NCBI GenBank assembly: GCA_965202805.1
Contig: OZ241869.1
Span: forward strand, 2,112,001-2,176,000
Direction of reading: 5' to 3'
DNA from: Longimicrobiales bacterium
GTDB taxonomy: Bacteria; Gemmatimonadota; Gemmatimonadetes; Longimicrobiales; Gaopeijiaceae
Length of the DNA: 64,000 nucleotides
The first letter of the stretch is position 1; every line of letters starts with the position of its first letter. Below the pieces are notes generated by a model. The model was not told the DNA's origin, ran no database searches, and worked only from the letters and a program-made list of their open reading frames with translations. This document shows positions 20,937 to 30,336 of the stretch, piece after piece. Both the position numbers and the translations under genes were made by a program.

Positions 20937-22534
20937 TGGCGCACTCGATGGCTCCCGGGTCCGTCGGGCGCACCAATGGCCGGGCGCCACAGCCGTCGTC
21001 GGGCGACTCCGGCCGGGACAGGCCGCTCCGCGCCGTCGTAATCGGAAGTGGCTTCGGAGGTCTGGCCACGGCCATCCGCCTCCAGGCCGCCGGCGTGTCC
21101 ACCACCCTGGTCGAACAGCGCGCGCAACTCGGAGGGCGGGCGGGCCAGCTGCGCCGGGACGGATACGTGTTCGACACCGGCCCCAGCCTGATCACGGCGC
21201 CTGCGATTCTCGAGGACGTGTTCGCGGCGGCCGGGCGGCGCCTGCGCGACTACGTCTCCCTGGTGCCGCTCGATCCCTTCTACCGGGTCTGGTTTCACGA
21301 CGGCACCTGGCTCGACTACACCTCTGACATCGAGCGCATGAAGGCGTCGATGGCGCTGTACTACCCGCGCGATGCCGCGCGCCTCGAGGCCTTCTACGCC
21401 GATCTCCGGCCCATTCATGACGCCGTGATCACCGAGGGACTGGGCGCTCGCCCCTTCGACACGCTCACCGCCATGGTCCGGTTCGCGCCCCGGGTGGCCC
21501 GCCTGAACGCCTGGAGGCCGGTCGCCCGCTCCGTGGCACGCCACTTCCACAACTGGCGACACCGTTTCCTGTACTCGTTTCATCCGCTGTTTCTCGGAGG
21601 CAACCCGTTCCGCGCGCCCTCCATCTTCCTCATGATCCCGTACCTGGAGAAGGAAGGCGGCGTGTGGTACGCCCGCGGGGGGATGTACAGCCTGGTCACC
21701 GCCCTGGAGACCGTCTTCCGCGAGATCGGCGGCGTCGTGCACACGCAAACGCCTGCGGTGCGCGTGGAGGTGCGGGGGCGGCAGGTGACGGGCGTCAGCG
21801 TTGCGGGAGCCGGTGCTCGCGCGGAATCCCGGCCCTTCCTTCCCGCCGACATCGTCGTGAGCAACGCCGATGTCGGACACACCTACGGGCGGCTGCTCGG
21901 CCATGTGCCCCGCCGCCGCTGGACCGACCAGCGTCTCGCGCGCGTTCATCAGTCGATGAGCTGCTTCCTCCTCTATCTGGGCGTGCGCCGGCGCTATCCC
22001 CAGCTCACCCACCACACGATCATCGTGGGACCCCGATACCGGGGTCTCGTGCGCGACATCTTCGACAGGAAGACGCTGGCCGGAGACTTCAGCATGTACG
22101 TGCACACGCCCTCCCGGACCGACCCCTCCATGGCGCCCCCGGGATGCGAGAGCATGTATGTCCTGGTGCCGGTTCCCAACGCGGCCTCCGGTATCGACTG
22201 GACGGTGGAGGCGCCGCGCATGACGCTCCGCGTTCTCGACGCCCTGGAAGCCTGGGGGCTCGAGGGGCTGAGCGGCGCCCTGGAGGTGCGGGAAGTCTTC
22301 ACCCCCGACGACTTCGCGAGCCAGTTCGGCGCGACCCTCGGCAACGCCTTCGGGATCGAGCCGAGGCTGACCCAGACGGCGTGGTTCCGGCCGCACAACC
22401 GGAGCGAAGAGGTCAGCGGGCTCTATCTCGCGGGAGCGGGAACCCACCCCGGTGCGGGTGTGCCGGGCGTGGTGCTCTCGGCTGCGGCCACATGCCACGC
22501 CATCGCGCAGGACTTCGGGTTCGGAGAGGCTTGA
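20936..22534 (+). CDS. crtI: Phytoene desaturase (CrtI family)
   Basis: VIGSGFGGLA, FDTGPSLIT, FHPLFLGGNP, GNAFGIEP.LTQTAWFRPHN, GAGTHPGAGVPGV. TGATG overlap with the crtB stop. Confidence 0.93.
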   Translation: MAHSMAPGSVGRTNGRAPQPSSGDSGRDRPLRAVVIGSGFGGLATAIRLQAAGVSTTLVEQRAQLGGRAGQLRRDGYVFDTGPSLITAPAILEDVFAAAGRRLRDYVSLVPLDPFYRVWFHDGTWLDYTSDIERMKASMALYYPRDAARLEAFYADLRPIHDAVITEGLGARPFDTLTAMVRFAPRVARLNAWRPVARSVARHFHNWRHRFLYSFHPLFLGGNPFRAPSIFLMIPYLEKEGGVWYARGGMYSLVTALETVFREIGGVVHTQTPAVRVEVRGRQVTGVSVAGAGARAESRPFLPADIVVSNADVGHTYGRLLGHVPRRRWTDQRLARVHQSMSCFLLYLGVRRRYPQLTHHTIIVGPRYRGLVRDIFDRKTLAGDFSMYVHTPSRTDPSMAPPGCESMYVLVPVPNAASGIDWTVEAPRMTLRVLDALEAWGLEGLSGALEVREVFTPDDFASQFGATLGNAFGIEPRLTQTAWFRPHNRSEEVSGLYLAGAGTHPGAGVPGVVLSAAATCHAIAQDFGFGEA

Positions 22535-22543
22535 GCCGCGTCC

Positions 22544-23665
22544 TCAGGACGGAGGCTTGCCCGAGGAGGCGGAGACAAGAAAGCGCTCCACCGCGATGCT
22601 GGTCGCGTCCCAGGAGAGCGATTCGGCGTAGGTGCGGGCTCGCGCTCCGAGCTGCCCGCGAAGTTCCGCGTCCGTGACCAGTCTTCGGATGGCCCCTGCG
22701 AGGGCTTCGACGTCGCCGTGGGGCACGAGCAACCCGGTCTCTCCGTCCAGCACCGCCTCGCGCAGCCCGGGCGCGTCACTCGCGACCGAGGGCGTGCCGC
22801 AGGCGCCGGCCTCGACGACGGTGATCCCCCAGCCCTCCTTGGGAGACGTGAGCCCGTGCACCCACGACGTGCGCATCAGGTCGATCTTCGTCCGGTCATC
22901 CACGAATCCGAGAAAGATGACCCGATCCTCCACGCCCGACTCGCGCACCAGTCGCTCCAGCGCGGGACGGGCGTCGCCCGCTCCGGCCACCTTGAAGTCG
23001 ACGCGCAGCCCCTGCCGCGCGAGCCTCGCCACCGCGCGCACCAGCAGGTCGACGCCCTTGTAGCGCTTGAGGCGGCCCAGATACAGCAGGGAGGGCGTGG
23101 GCGTCCTGCGGCCCTCCGGGTGCGGAGTGTAGTGCGCGGTGTCGACTCCGACCGGAATGACCTCCATGGGAGCCCGCAGTCCGCGCCTGGTCAGGTCGTC
23201 GCGGGTGCTCCGCGAGACCGCGATGGTGGGCCGGCGGCGATACGCCAGCGGGAGCGGCCGCTCCATGAGCCAGGTCGCCGCCGCGAGCGGGAAGGAGGCT
23301 TCGCGGAAGGCGGTGAGCCCGAAGAGGTGGTGCACGAGGGGAACGACCGGAGCCGACGTCCACCACGGCGAGAAGAGGGGCACCTTGTTGAGGTTGTCCA
23401 CCACCACGTCCCAGCGCTCGTGCCGCAGGTTGCGCAGGTAGTACCAGGGCGCGGCAATCGAGAAGGTGTAGCGTCCGCCGGTCCTGTGAACCTCGATGCC
23501 GTCCAGCCGCGCGCGGGGCGCGCACCCCGCGAAGCCCGAGGCCAGAAGCGTAACCTCGTAGCCGAGTCCGGCCAGACGGCCGAAGACCTGGTGGACGTGC
23601 TCCTCGGCACCGCCGGCCTGCGGGTTTTCACGGTCCTGCCAGTTCAGGACGAGGATGCGCCGCAC
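22544..23665 (-). CDS. Glycosyltransferase family 4
   Basis: NWQDRENPQAGGAE, YLGRLKRYKG, KEGWGITVVEAGACGTP, GLREAVLDGETGLL. Confidence 0.92.
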   Translation of the reverse strand: MRRILVLNWQDRENPQAGGAEEHVHQVFGRLAGLGYEVTLLASGFAGCAPRARLDGIEVHRTGGRYTFSIAAPWYYLRNLRHERWDVVVDNLNKVPLFSPWWTSAPVVPLVHHLFGLTAFREASFPLAAATWLMERPLPLAYRRRPTIAVSRSTRDDLTRRGLRAPMEVIPVGVDTAHYTPHPEGRRTPTPSLLYLGRLKRYKGVDLLVRAVARLARQGLRVDFKVAGAGDARPALERLVRESGVEDRVIFLGFVDDRTKIDLMRTSWVHGLTSPKEGWGITVVEAGACGTPSVASDAPGLREAVLDGETGLLVPHGDVEALAGAIRRLVTDAELRGQLGARARTYAESLSWDATSIAVERFLVSASSGKPPS

Positions 23666-23712
23666 GGGCTCACGCCGGCCGCGCGTGGGCGATCAAGGGG
23701 GCCACGTGATGG

Positions 23713-24597
23713 CTAGCCGCGCCGTCCGAGCCGCGCGGCGACGCGGGGATCTTCCTTCCAGTCGGCGGCCGTGGTCTCCAGCTGCACGGTCACGTGCCGG
23801 ATGTCGAACTCCTCGTTGGCGATGGTCCGGATGCGACCGAGCAGGGCGTCCATCTCCCCCTGCCGCTCCGGGTCGACCAGGACATGGGCGGCGAGGGCGT
23901 CATTCCCCGGGGTCTGCGTCCAGACGTGCACATCGTGCATCAGGGTCACCCCGGGCAGGTCCTCGATCCGGCGGCAGAGCCGGTCGACGTCGATGTGTTC
24001 CGGAGTGCCCTCGCGCAGGACGTGGACGACGTGGGCCAGCAGGCGCCAGGTGTTCACGAGCGCCAGGATGGCGATCAGGGCCGCGCACGCGAGATCCGCG
24101 GCCTGCCATCCGAACATCTGGATGGTCACGCCCGCCAAAACCGCGGCCACTGGACCCATGACGCTCGGGAGGGCGCGCGCCCGTGCGTGCGCGACGCCTC
24201 CTTGCTTCTGCGCGGGCTGTTTCAGCACGAACATGACGGTGAAATGCACCGCCAACCCGATCGCCGCGACACCCAGCAAGAGACCGCCGTCGACGTCGGA
24301 ACCCTCGCCGAACCGGCCCCACGCCTCGAGCAGAATCCACGCCGCGACCGCCCACAGCAGGAGCGCGTTGGCCAGCGAGGCGATGACCTCGGCGCGCTGG
24401 TAGCCGAAGGTGCGCCGCGCCGCGCCGGCGGGCGCGTCCGATCCGGTGGCCAGCAGCGCCGGTCCCAGAGCCACGCCCAGGGTCAGGCCGTATCCGGCGT
24501 CGGCCAGGAGCGCCAGGCTTCCGGACACGATCCCGCCGGCCACCCTGGCGATGGTCACGGCGACGACGAGGGCGAGCGAAATGCGCAGGCTGGTCAT
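23713..24597 (-). CDS. Cation diffusion facilitator (CzcD/ZitB-like), degenerate transport site
   Basis: SGSLALLADAG, RTFGYQRAEVIASLANA, LREGTP, HDVHVW, HVTVQLE. Confidence 0.85.
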   Translation of the reverse strand: MTSLRISLALVVAVTIARVAGGIVSGSLALLADAGYGLTLGVALGPALLATGSDAPAGAARRTFGYQRAEVIASLANALLLWAVAAWILLEAWGRFGEGSDVDGGLLLGVAAIGLAVHFTVMFVLKQPAQKQGGVAHARARALPSVMGPVAAVLAGVTIQMFGWQAADLACAALIAILALVNTWRLLAHVVHVLREGTPEHIDVDRLCRRIEDLPGVTLMHDVHVWTQTPGNDALAAHVLVDPERQGEMDALLGRIRTIANEEFDIRHVTVQLETTAADWKEDPRVAARLGRRG

Positions 24598-24652
24598 GGT
24601 TTCGGTCCGGTGCGTGAAGGAAAACGGGTTGGCCGGCCGCGCCGGCAGGCCC

Positions 24653-26710
24653 TCAGCTGGCTCTCGGGGTCGCCCGGTACTTGTCGAACCAGGCCACGAT
24701 GTTGGCGATCTTGGCCATGAGCTGGCTGGGTCGCCGGCTCATGTCGTGGGAGGCCCCGGGCAGCCGGATCACCGCCGTGTCGATCTCGCGCATCTTCAGT
24801 GCGTGGAAGAGCTGGTACGACTCCGACAGCGGCGTGCGCAGGTCCTCTTCGCCGGTAATGATCAGCGTCGGGGTGTCGATTTCGCCGGCCAGGGACAGCG
24901 GAGAGAATTCCCAGTAGGGGTCGGGGTTCTCCCAGGGCAGACCGTCATAGCGGCTGAAGTAGTAGCCGTACCAGTTGTCCGCGGTGAGCGTCTTGCTGAT
25001 CCAGTTCACGACCGGCTTCTGAGATACGGCGGCGCGAAACCGATCCGTCTTGCCGACGATCCACGCGGTCATGATGCCGCCCGCGCTGCCCCCGGTGACG
25101 AAGAGGTTGTTCTCGTCGATGTATCCCCGTTCGATGACCGCGTCGACGCCCGAGATGATGTCGTCGTAGTCCTGGCCCGGATAGTTGTGGTAGAGCAGGT
25201 CCCCGAACTCCTCGCCGTAGCTGGTGCTCCCCCTCGGATTGGGATAGAGGACGACATAGCCCGCGGCGGCCAGCAGCTGCATCTCGGCGGAAAAGCGGTC
25301 CCCGTAGTTGGAGACCGGCCCGCCGTGGATCTCCACGATCAGCGGATGCCGGCGTGAGGGGTCGAAGTCCGGCGGCTTGACGATCCAGCCCTGGATGGGG
25401 CGGCCGTCGAAGGATGACTCCCACCAGATCTCCTCCACCTCCCCCAGCGTCCGGTTGGCGAGCAGATCCTCATTGAGCGCGGTGATGCGCCGGGGAGCGC
25501 CGTCGCCGCCGCTGCGCACCGCCAGCTCGCCCGGCATGTCCGGGCGGGTCTGGTTGAGCGCGATGCTGCCGTCGCCCGCGACCGAGAAGGAGCCGCCCCC
25601 GTAGGGCCGGCCGTAGGATGTGCCGCCCAGGTCCTCCGCCAGCACCTCGACCTGACCGTCCAGCGTGGCAAACGCGACCTTGGAGTTGCCCTCGTCGTCG
25701 TACTGGAAGTAGAGGCCGCTGCCGTCCGACGCCCACACCGGGTTGGCGACGCTGCGGTCCAGGTCGGCGGTGACGACGCGCCGCCCGCCGCCGTCGAGGT
25801 TCATGACCTGCAGCCGGCTCACCTGGTAGGTGCGCGTCCGGTCCTCGTAGCCGACAAAGGCCACCTGCCGCCCGTCCGGGGATACCGCGGGGCTCTGGTC
25901 GGGGCCGGGACGGTCGGTCAGCGCGCGGATCTCCCCGCCCGCCACGGGCGCGATGTACAGTTCGGAGTTCCGGTAGTCGAGCACCCAGCCCGGGTTGCGG
26001 TTGGACGAGAACACGAGGCTCCGGCTGTCGGGCGTCCAGGCGGGCGCGGCGGAGTGCTGGAAGTCGCCCGTGGTCACCTGGACGGCCGTTCCACCCTCCG
26101 CCGGAACGACGAAGATGTGGTTGTAGCCGAAGTCCAGGTAGCCGACCCCGTCCTGCCGGTTCTTGAAGCGGTCCTCCATGATGGGCGGGGCCGCCCAGTC
26201 GGCCCCCTCGGGCGGGCGCGGCGGCGCCACCAGGCTCGGCGCCGGGTAGGGCACCAGCATGTTGAAGGCGATCCGGCGGCCGTCGGGCGACCAGCGGATG
26301 CCGCGCGGGGATTCCGTCAACTGGGTCAGGGTGGCGGTCGCGCCCGTGTCCATCCAGCGCAGGTGGATCTGCCCGCCCGCCGTATAGGCGAGCCTGGTGC
26401 CGTCCGGGGACCAGCGCGGCGACCCGCCCTCGCCGAGGCGTCTGTGCTCGGACCCGTCCACGTTCACGATCCACAGCTCGGCACGGCGCCGGTCGCGCAT
26501 GACGTCCATCGAGTTGCGCACGTAGACGACCTGGCGGCCGTCCGGGGAGATCTGCGGGTCGGCCGCGAACTCGAGCGCAAAGACGTCCATCGGCTCGAAG
26601 CGGTTCTGGGCTTCCGCATGGCGCGGAAAGGCCAGGGTGGTCAGAAGGGCGGCGGCGAGGGCGGCTCCCGTCGCCAGCGGCGCGTTCGCGAAACGGCTCT
26701 TCTCAGACAT
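24653..26710 (-). CDS. S9C acylaminoacyl-peptidase/dipeptidyl-peptidase 5-like, secreted
   Basis: Signal peptide, SPDG (PD40) repeats, IHGGP, NPRGSTSYG, catalytic GGSAGG, GEEDLRTP and ASHD. Confidence 0.92.
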   Translation of the reverse strand: MSEKSRFANAPLATGAALAAALLTTLAFPRHAEAQNRFEPMDVFALEFAADPQISPDGRQVVYVRNSMDVMRDRRRAELWIVNVDGSEHRRLGEGGSPRWSPDGTRLAYTAGGQIHLRWMDTGATATLTQLTESPRGIRWSPDGRRIAFNMLVPYPAPSLVAPPRPPEGADWAAPPIMEDRFKNRQDGVGYLDFGYNHIFVVPAEGGTAVQVTTGDFQHSAAPAWTPDSRSLVFSSNRNPGWVLDYRNSELYIAPVAGGEIRALTDRPGPDQSPAVSPDGRQVAFVGYEDRTRTYQVSRLQVMNLDGGGRRVVTADLDRSVANPVWASDGSGLYFQYDDEGNSKVAFATLDGQVEVLAEDLGGTSYGRPYGGGSFSVAGDGSIALNQTRPDMPGELAVRSGGDGAPRRITALNEDLLANRTLGEVEEIWWESSFDGRPIQGWIVKPPDFDPSRRHPLIVEIHGGPVSNYGDRFSAEMQLLAAAGYVVLYPNPRGSTSYGEEFGDLLYHNYPGQDYDDIISGVDAVIERGYIDENNLFVTGGSAGGIMTAWIVGKTDRFRAAVSQKPVVNWISKTLTADNWYGYYFSRYDGLPWENPDPYWEFSPLSLAGEIDTPTLIITGEEDLRTPLSESYQLFHALKMREIDTAVIRLPGASHDMSRRPSQLMAKIANIVAWFDKYRATPRAS

Positions 26711-26924
26711 CGGCTTGCTCGCGGATTCGGATAGGTGAAGAAGTCCTGCGCAAAATCCACCGGACCGGCGCGGACGGCAACCGGTCTCCTTCGTTTTCGC
26801 GCCCGGTGTGCCGCCTCCAGCAGGCTCCCCTTTCCGTCCCGGGGACCCGCCGGCCGGTTCGTCACACGGGCAGGCGGCGCTTATCCTGCATCGAATGTCG
26901 CCCCATCCCAGTGGAGATCGACCG

Positions 26925-29549
26925 ATGAACAGCTCCGCATCGCGACGCAGCTTCCTCCGCATTCCGCTCCTCTCCCCCGCGCTTCTTCTGCTCCCGGGCC
27001 TGGCCGCCGCCGGGCCGCTCTCCACGCCGGTCCCGGCCTCGGCCGCCCAGCAAGGCTACGAGTACCCGGACCCGTTCCCGGGGGGGTACCCGTCGCTCGC
27101 GGGCGCCGGTGGCGCGGGGCGGATGTACATGGAGAGCTATTTCCCCCCGCCGGTGACGGCTTCCCCCACCTACCCCGCGTGGTCGCCCGACGGTGAAGAA
27201 CTGGCGTTTGCTTACCAGGGGAGGATCTGGATCGTCCCGGTCGAGGGCGGGACCGCGAGCCAGTTGAGCGGCGGCCCCGGCTACCATTCCCAGCCCAGCT
27301 GGTCGCCCGACGGGCGGCAGGTCGCCTACGCGGCCGACATCGACCGCAACTTCGACATCTTCGTGGTGGACGTTGCCACCGGCGCGTCGCGGCGGCTGAC
27401 CGACCACCCCTTTCTGGACCTCCGGCCCCGCTGGTCGCCCGACGGCTCGCGCATCCTCTTCACCACCGAGCGCGACGGCACCTTCGACCTCTGGGCCTAC
27501 GACCTGGCGCGCGCGGCCGCCGAGCCGGTGATCGCCGATCCCGACGTGAACGACATGGCCGGGGACTGGGTCGGTTCGAGCGGCGACATCGTCTTCGTGT
27601 CCCGGCGGGGCGAGGCCGCGCTGGGCTCGGGCTCGCTCTGGCGCTGGCGCGCGGAGACCGGGGAATCCGAACTCCTCATCCGCATCGAGACCAACTACCA
27701 GGCGGCGCCGGTCGTCGCCTCCCACGGGGGCATCGTCGCGTACATCACCGACGCGTCCGGCAACAACGATCTCTACGCCGTCCCCAGTGCAAGGTCGCTG
27801 CGCGGCATCCAGCCGGTGCGCCTCACGCACACGCGCACGGACGAGTACTTCCCGTCATGGTCACCGGATGGCGAGCGCATCGTTTTTGCCCGCAACGGCG
27901 GCACCGACGACCAGCCACGCACCATCGACAGCGGGATGGGCTTCGCCCTGTACACGGTCGGGCGGGGTGGCGGGCAGCCGCGGCGGGTGCGCATCGACGG
28001 CTACGCGTGGTCGGAGCCGACCGGCCAGCTGCGGGTGCGCGTCACCGACTCCGACGGGGAGCTGCTGCCGTCGCGCATCTATCTGACGGGCGCCGACGGG
28101 CGGGCCTACTTCCCCCACGGCAGCTATCCGCGCGTCGTCAGCGTGACCGAGGACTACTACTTCCACAGCGACGGCAGCTTCACGGTGACCCTCCCCGCCG
28201 GCGAGGCGAGCCTCGAGGCCTGGCGCGGCTTCGAATACGAGCCCGTCTCGCGCCCCGTCGAAGTGCGGGCGGGCGAGCACACCATCGTCGAGGTCCAGCT
28301 CGACCGCTGGATCGACATGGCCGCCGACGGCTGGTATTCGGGTGACAACCACATCCATCCCAACTACGGAGGCCACTACTTCATCACCCCGGCCGATCTC
28401 GGCGACAAGGCGCGGGCCGAAGACCTGAACGTGGCCAACGGCATGATCGCCAACTACTGGGGCAACAGCCGGGTCGAGGACCTGGAGCACTTTCTCGGCC
28501 GGCCGCATCCGCATCCGCACGACGACCCCAGGACCATCGTCTACTACAACGAGGAATACCGGCCCAGCTACTTCGCCCACATGTCGCTGCTGAACCTGGT
28601 CGAGCTGATCACGCCCTTCTACATCGGCTCGGTCGGCACCGCCCACCACGCCCTCTATCCCGACAACGCGCACGTTCTTCGCCGCGTCCACGAACAGGGC
28701 GGCATCGGTGGCTACGTGCATCCCTTCGGGCTCCGGCACCGCGACCCGAATGCCGCCGGAGCCGGCTCCGCCCGAGAGTTGCCCGTGGATGCCATCCTCG
28801 GCCTGGCGGACTTCGTGGACGTGGCCTGCATCTGGAGCGACGAGCTGGGAACGGCCGAGGTATGGTATCGCCTGCTCAACACCGGATCCCGCATTCCCGC
28901 GACGGCGGGCACGGATGTGATGTCGGACATCTGGCGGCACCCCGCGGTCGGCACCACGCGCACCTATGTCTACACCGGCGAGGATCAGCTCGACTACGAC
29001 GCGTGGGCCGACGCCATGGCGGCGGGACGCGCCTTCGTGACCAGCGGCCCCATCCTCACGCTCGATGTCTCGGGCAGGGAAATGGGCGAGGAACTGCAGG
29101 TCGCCGCGGGCGACAGGGTTACGGTGAACGCCACCGCCGAGTCGCTATTCCGCATGCACCGTCTGGAGATCGTCCAGGACGGGCACGTGGTGCATGCCGT
29201 CGAAGCCGACGGCGACGGCAAGTCGCTGAGCGCCGAGCTGGAGCTCCCGGTCGAAAACTCAGGCTGGATCGCCGCGCGCGCCCTGGGGCCGCCACAGCAC
29301 GGCGCCATGGACAGCTACCTGTTCGCGCACACCAACCCGGTCTTCGTCATCGCCGACGACGAGCCCATCCGCTCCCGGGAAGACGCCGCATTCTTCGTGC
29401 GCTGGATCGATCAGGTGCTGTACGAACTGCGGTTCATGGACCGCTGGGACGATCCCGCCCACAAGGCCGAGGTGCTCGCCACCTTCGAGGAAGGGCGCCG
29501 CCTCTACCAGGCGCAGATCGAAGAGCTGGACGCTGCCGTGCCCAGGTAG
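26925..29549 (+). CDS. Tat-exported TolB-like propeller fused to a CehA/McbA (PHP-like) metallohydrolase
   Basis: SRRSFL twin-arginine motif, four WSPDG repeats, GWYSGDNHIH, FAHMS, GYVHP, AGTD, GRAFVTSGP, FAHTNPV. GGAG RBS. Confidence 0.82.
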   Translation: MNSSASRRSFLRIPLLSPALLLLPGLAAAGPLSTPVPASAAQQGYEYPDPFPGGYPSLAGAGGAGRMYMESYFPPPVTASPTYPAWSPDGEELAFAYQGRIWIVPVEGGTASQLSGGPGYHSQPSWSPDGRQVAYAADIDRNFDIFVVDVATGASRRLTDHPFLDLRPRWSPDGSRILFTTERDGTFDLWAYDLARAAAEPVIADPDVNDMAGDWVGSSGDIVFVSRRGEAALGSGSLWRWRAETGESELLIRIETNYQAAPVVASHGGIVAYITDASGNNDLYAVPSARSLRGIQPVRLTHTRTDEYFPSWSPDGERIVFARNGGTDDQPRTIDSGMGFALYTVGRGGGQPRRVRIDGYAWSEPTGQLRVRVTDSDGELLPSRIYLTGADGRAYFPHGSYPRVVSVTEDYYFHSDGSFTVTLPAGEASLEAWRGFEYEPVSRPVEVRAGEHTIVEVQLDRWIDMAADGWYSGDNHIHPNYGGHYFITPADLGDKARAEDLNVANGMIANYWGNSRVEDLEHFLGRPHPHPHDDPRTIVYYNEEYRPSYFAHMSLLNLVELITPFYIGSVGTAHHALYPDNAHVLRRVHEQGGIGGYVHPFGLRHRDPNAAGAGSARELPVDAILGLADFVDVACIWSDELGTAEVWYRLLNTGSRIPATAGTDVMSDIWRHPAVGTTRTYVYTGEDQLDYDAWADAMAAGRAFVTSGPILTLDVSGREMGEELQVAAGDRVTVNATAESLFRMHRLEIVQDGHVVHAVEADGDGKSLSAELELPVENSGWIAARALGPPQHGAMDSYLFAHTNPVFVIADDEPIRSREDAAFFVRWIDQVLYELRFMDRWDDPAHKAEVLATFEEGRRLYQAQIEELDAAVPR

Positions 29550-29643
29550 ACGCCTCGACTCAACCGCCGTCGCACCGGTCCCTGACCTGGTCCATCGCCG
29601 ACTCCGGCCCGGCCCGGATCCACGACGCGCCCGTTTGGAGTCC

Positions 29644-30240
29644 TCAGTGCCGGTGATCCTCCCGCCCCTGGTGCAGGACCACGTGCAGGAGGGTGCCCGC
29701 CACGAAGGCCTCCAGGAGGTGGCTGTCGATAAAAGCCAGGTCGGTCATCACGCCACTGCCCACCACGTATCCCGCCACTGTTGCGACCATGATGGCCCCC
29801 ACCCCGCCGCCTGCCACCAGCGTGCCGTGGCGCGGCACCACCAGCCACCATATCAGAAGCCCCACGGCCACGCGGTGCAACACCACCGTCAGGACGAAGG
29901 CCGGGGAAGCGCCGGCCGTGAGCGCGCTCCCCTCCAGCAGCGCATGCAGGGAGATGCCCAGCACGGCGAAGAGGATGGTCACGTCGTCGGTGTAGCGGGC
30001 CAGGGTATGGGACAGTCGCTCGACCACGGCGACCAGCCCGGCCCCGAGCGCCACCACGACGACGGGCACCAGGCTCCGTTCGGCCCAGGCATGCGGCAGC
30101 ACCTGGATCGCCACGAGCACCGGCAGAGCGACAATGACGGCCGTATCGAGCAGCCGGACCGTGCGCGCCCGGTGGTGCAGCGTGACGTAGATGAGCACCC
30201 CCGCGAGGGGGGCGAGCAGCGCTGAAACGAGAGGGAACAT
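29644..30240 (-). CDS. Small multi-pass membrane protein, ZIP metal-transporter-like
   Basis: About 7 TM helices. GISLHALLEG and VVLHRVAVG resemble ZIP TM4/TM5. AGTLLHVV and a His-rich C-terminus. Confidence 0.6.
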   Translation of the reverse strand: MFPLVSALLAPLAGVLIYVTLHHRARTVRLLDTAVIVALPVLVAIQVLPHAWAERSLVPVVVVALGAGLVAVVERLSHTLARYTDDVTILFAVLGISLHALLEGSALTAGASPAFVLTVVLHRVAVGLLIWWLVVPRHGTLVAGGGVGAIMVATVAGYVVGSGVMTDLAFIDSHLLEAFVAGTLLHVVLHQGREDHRH

Positions 30241-30336
30241 GGACACAACATTAGCGGCTTCGTCAACTTGCGCGGAGAAACCCCGGGGGCTATTCCTCTA
30301 CGGTTAGACGTCTTCAGGATCGTGGAGAGGAATGTC

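Noticed and set aside
22544..23665. GT4 as the carotenoid glycosyltransferase
   Set aside because: It is convergent with, not part of, the crt operon, and known carotenoid glycosyltransferases (CruG, CrtX) belong to other families.
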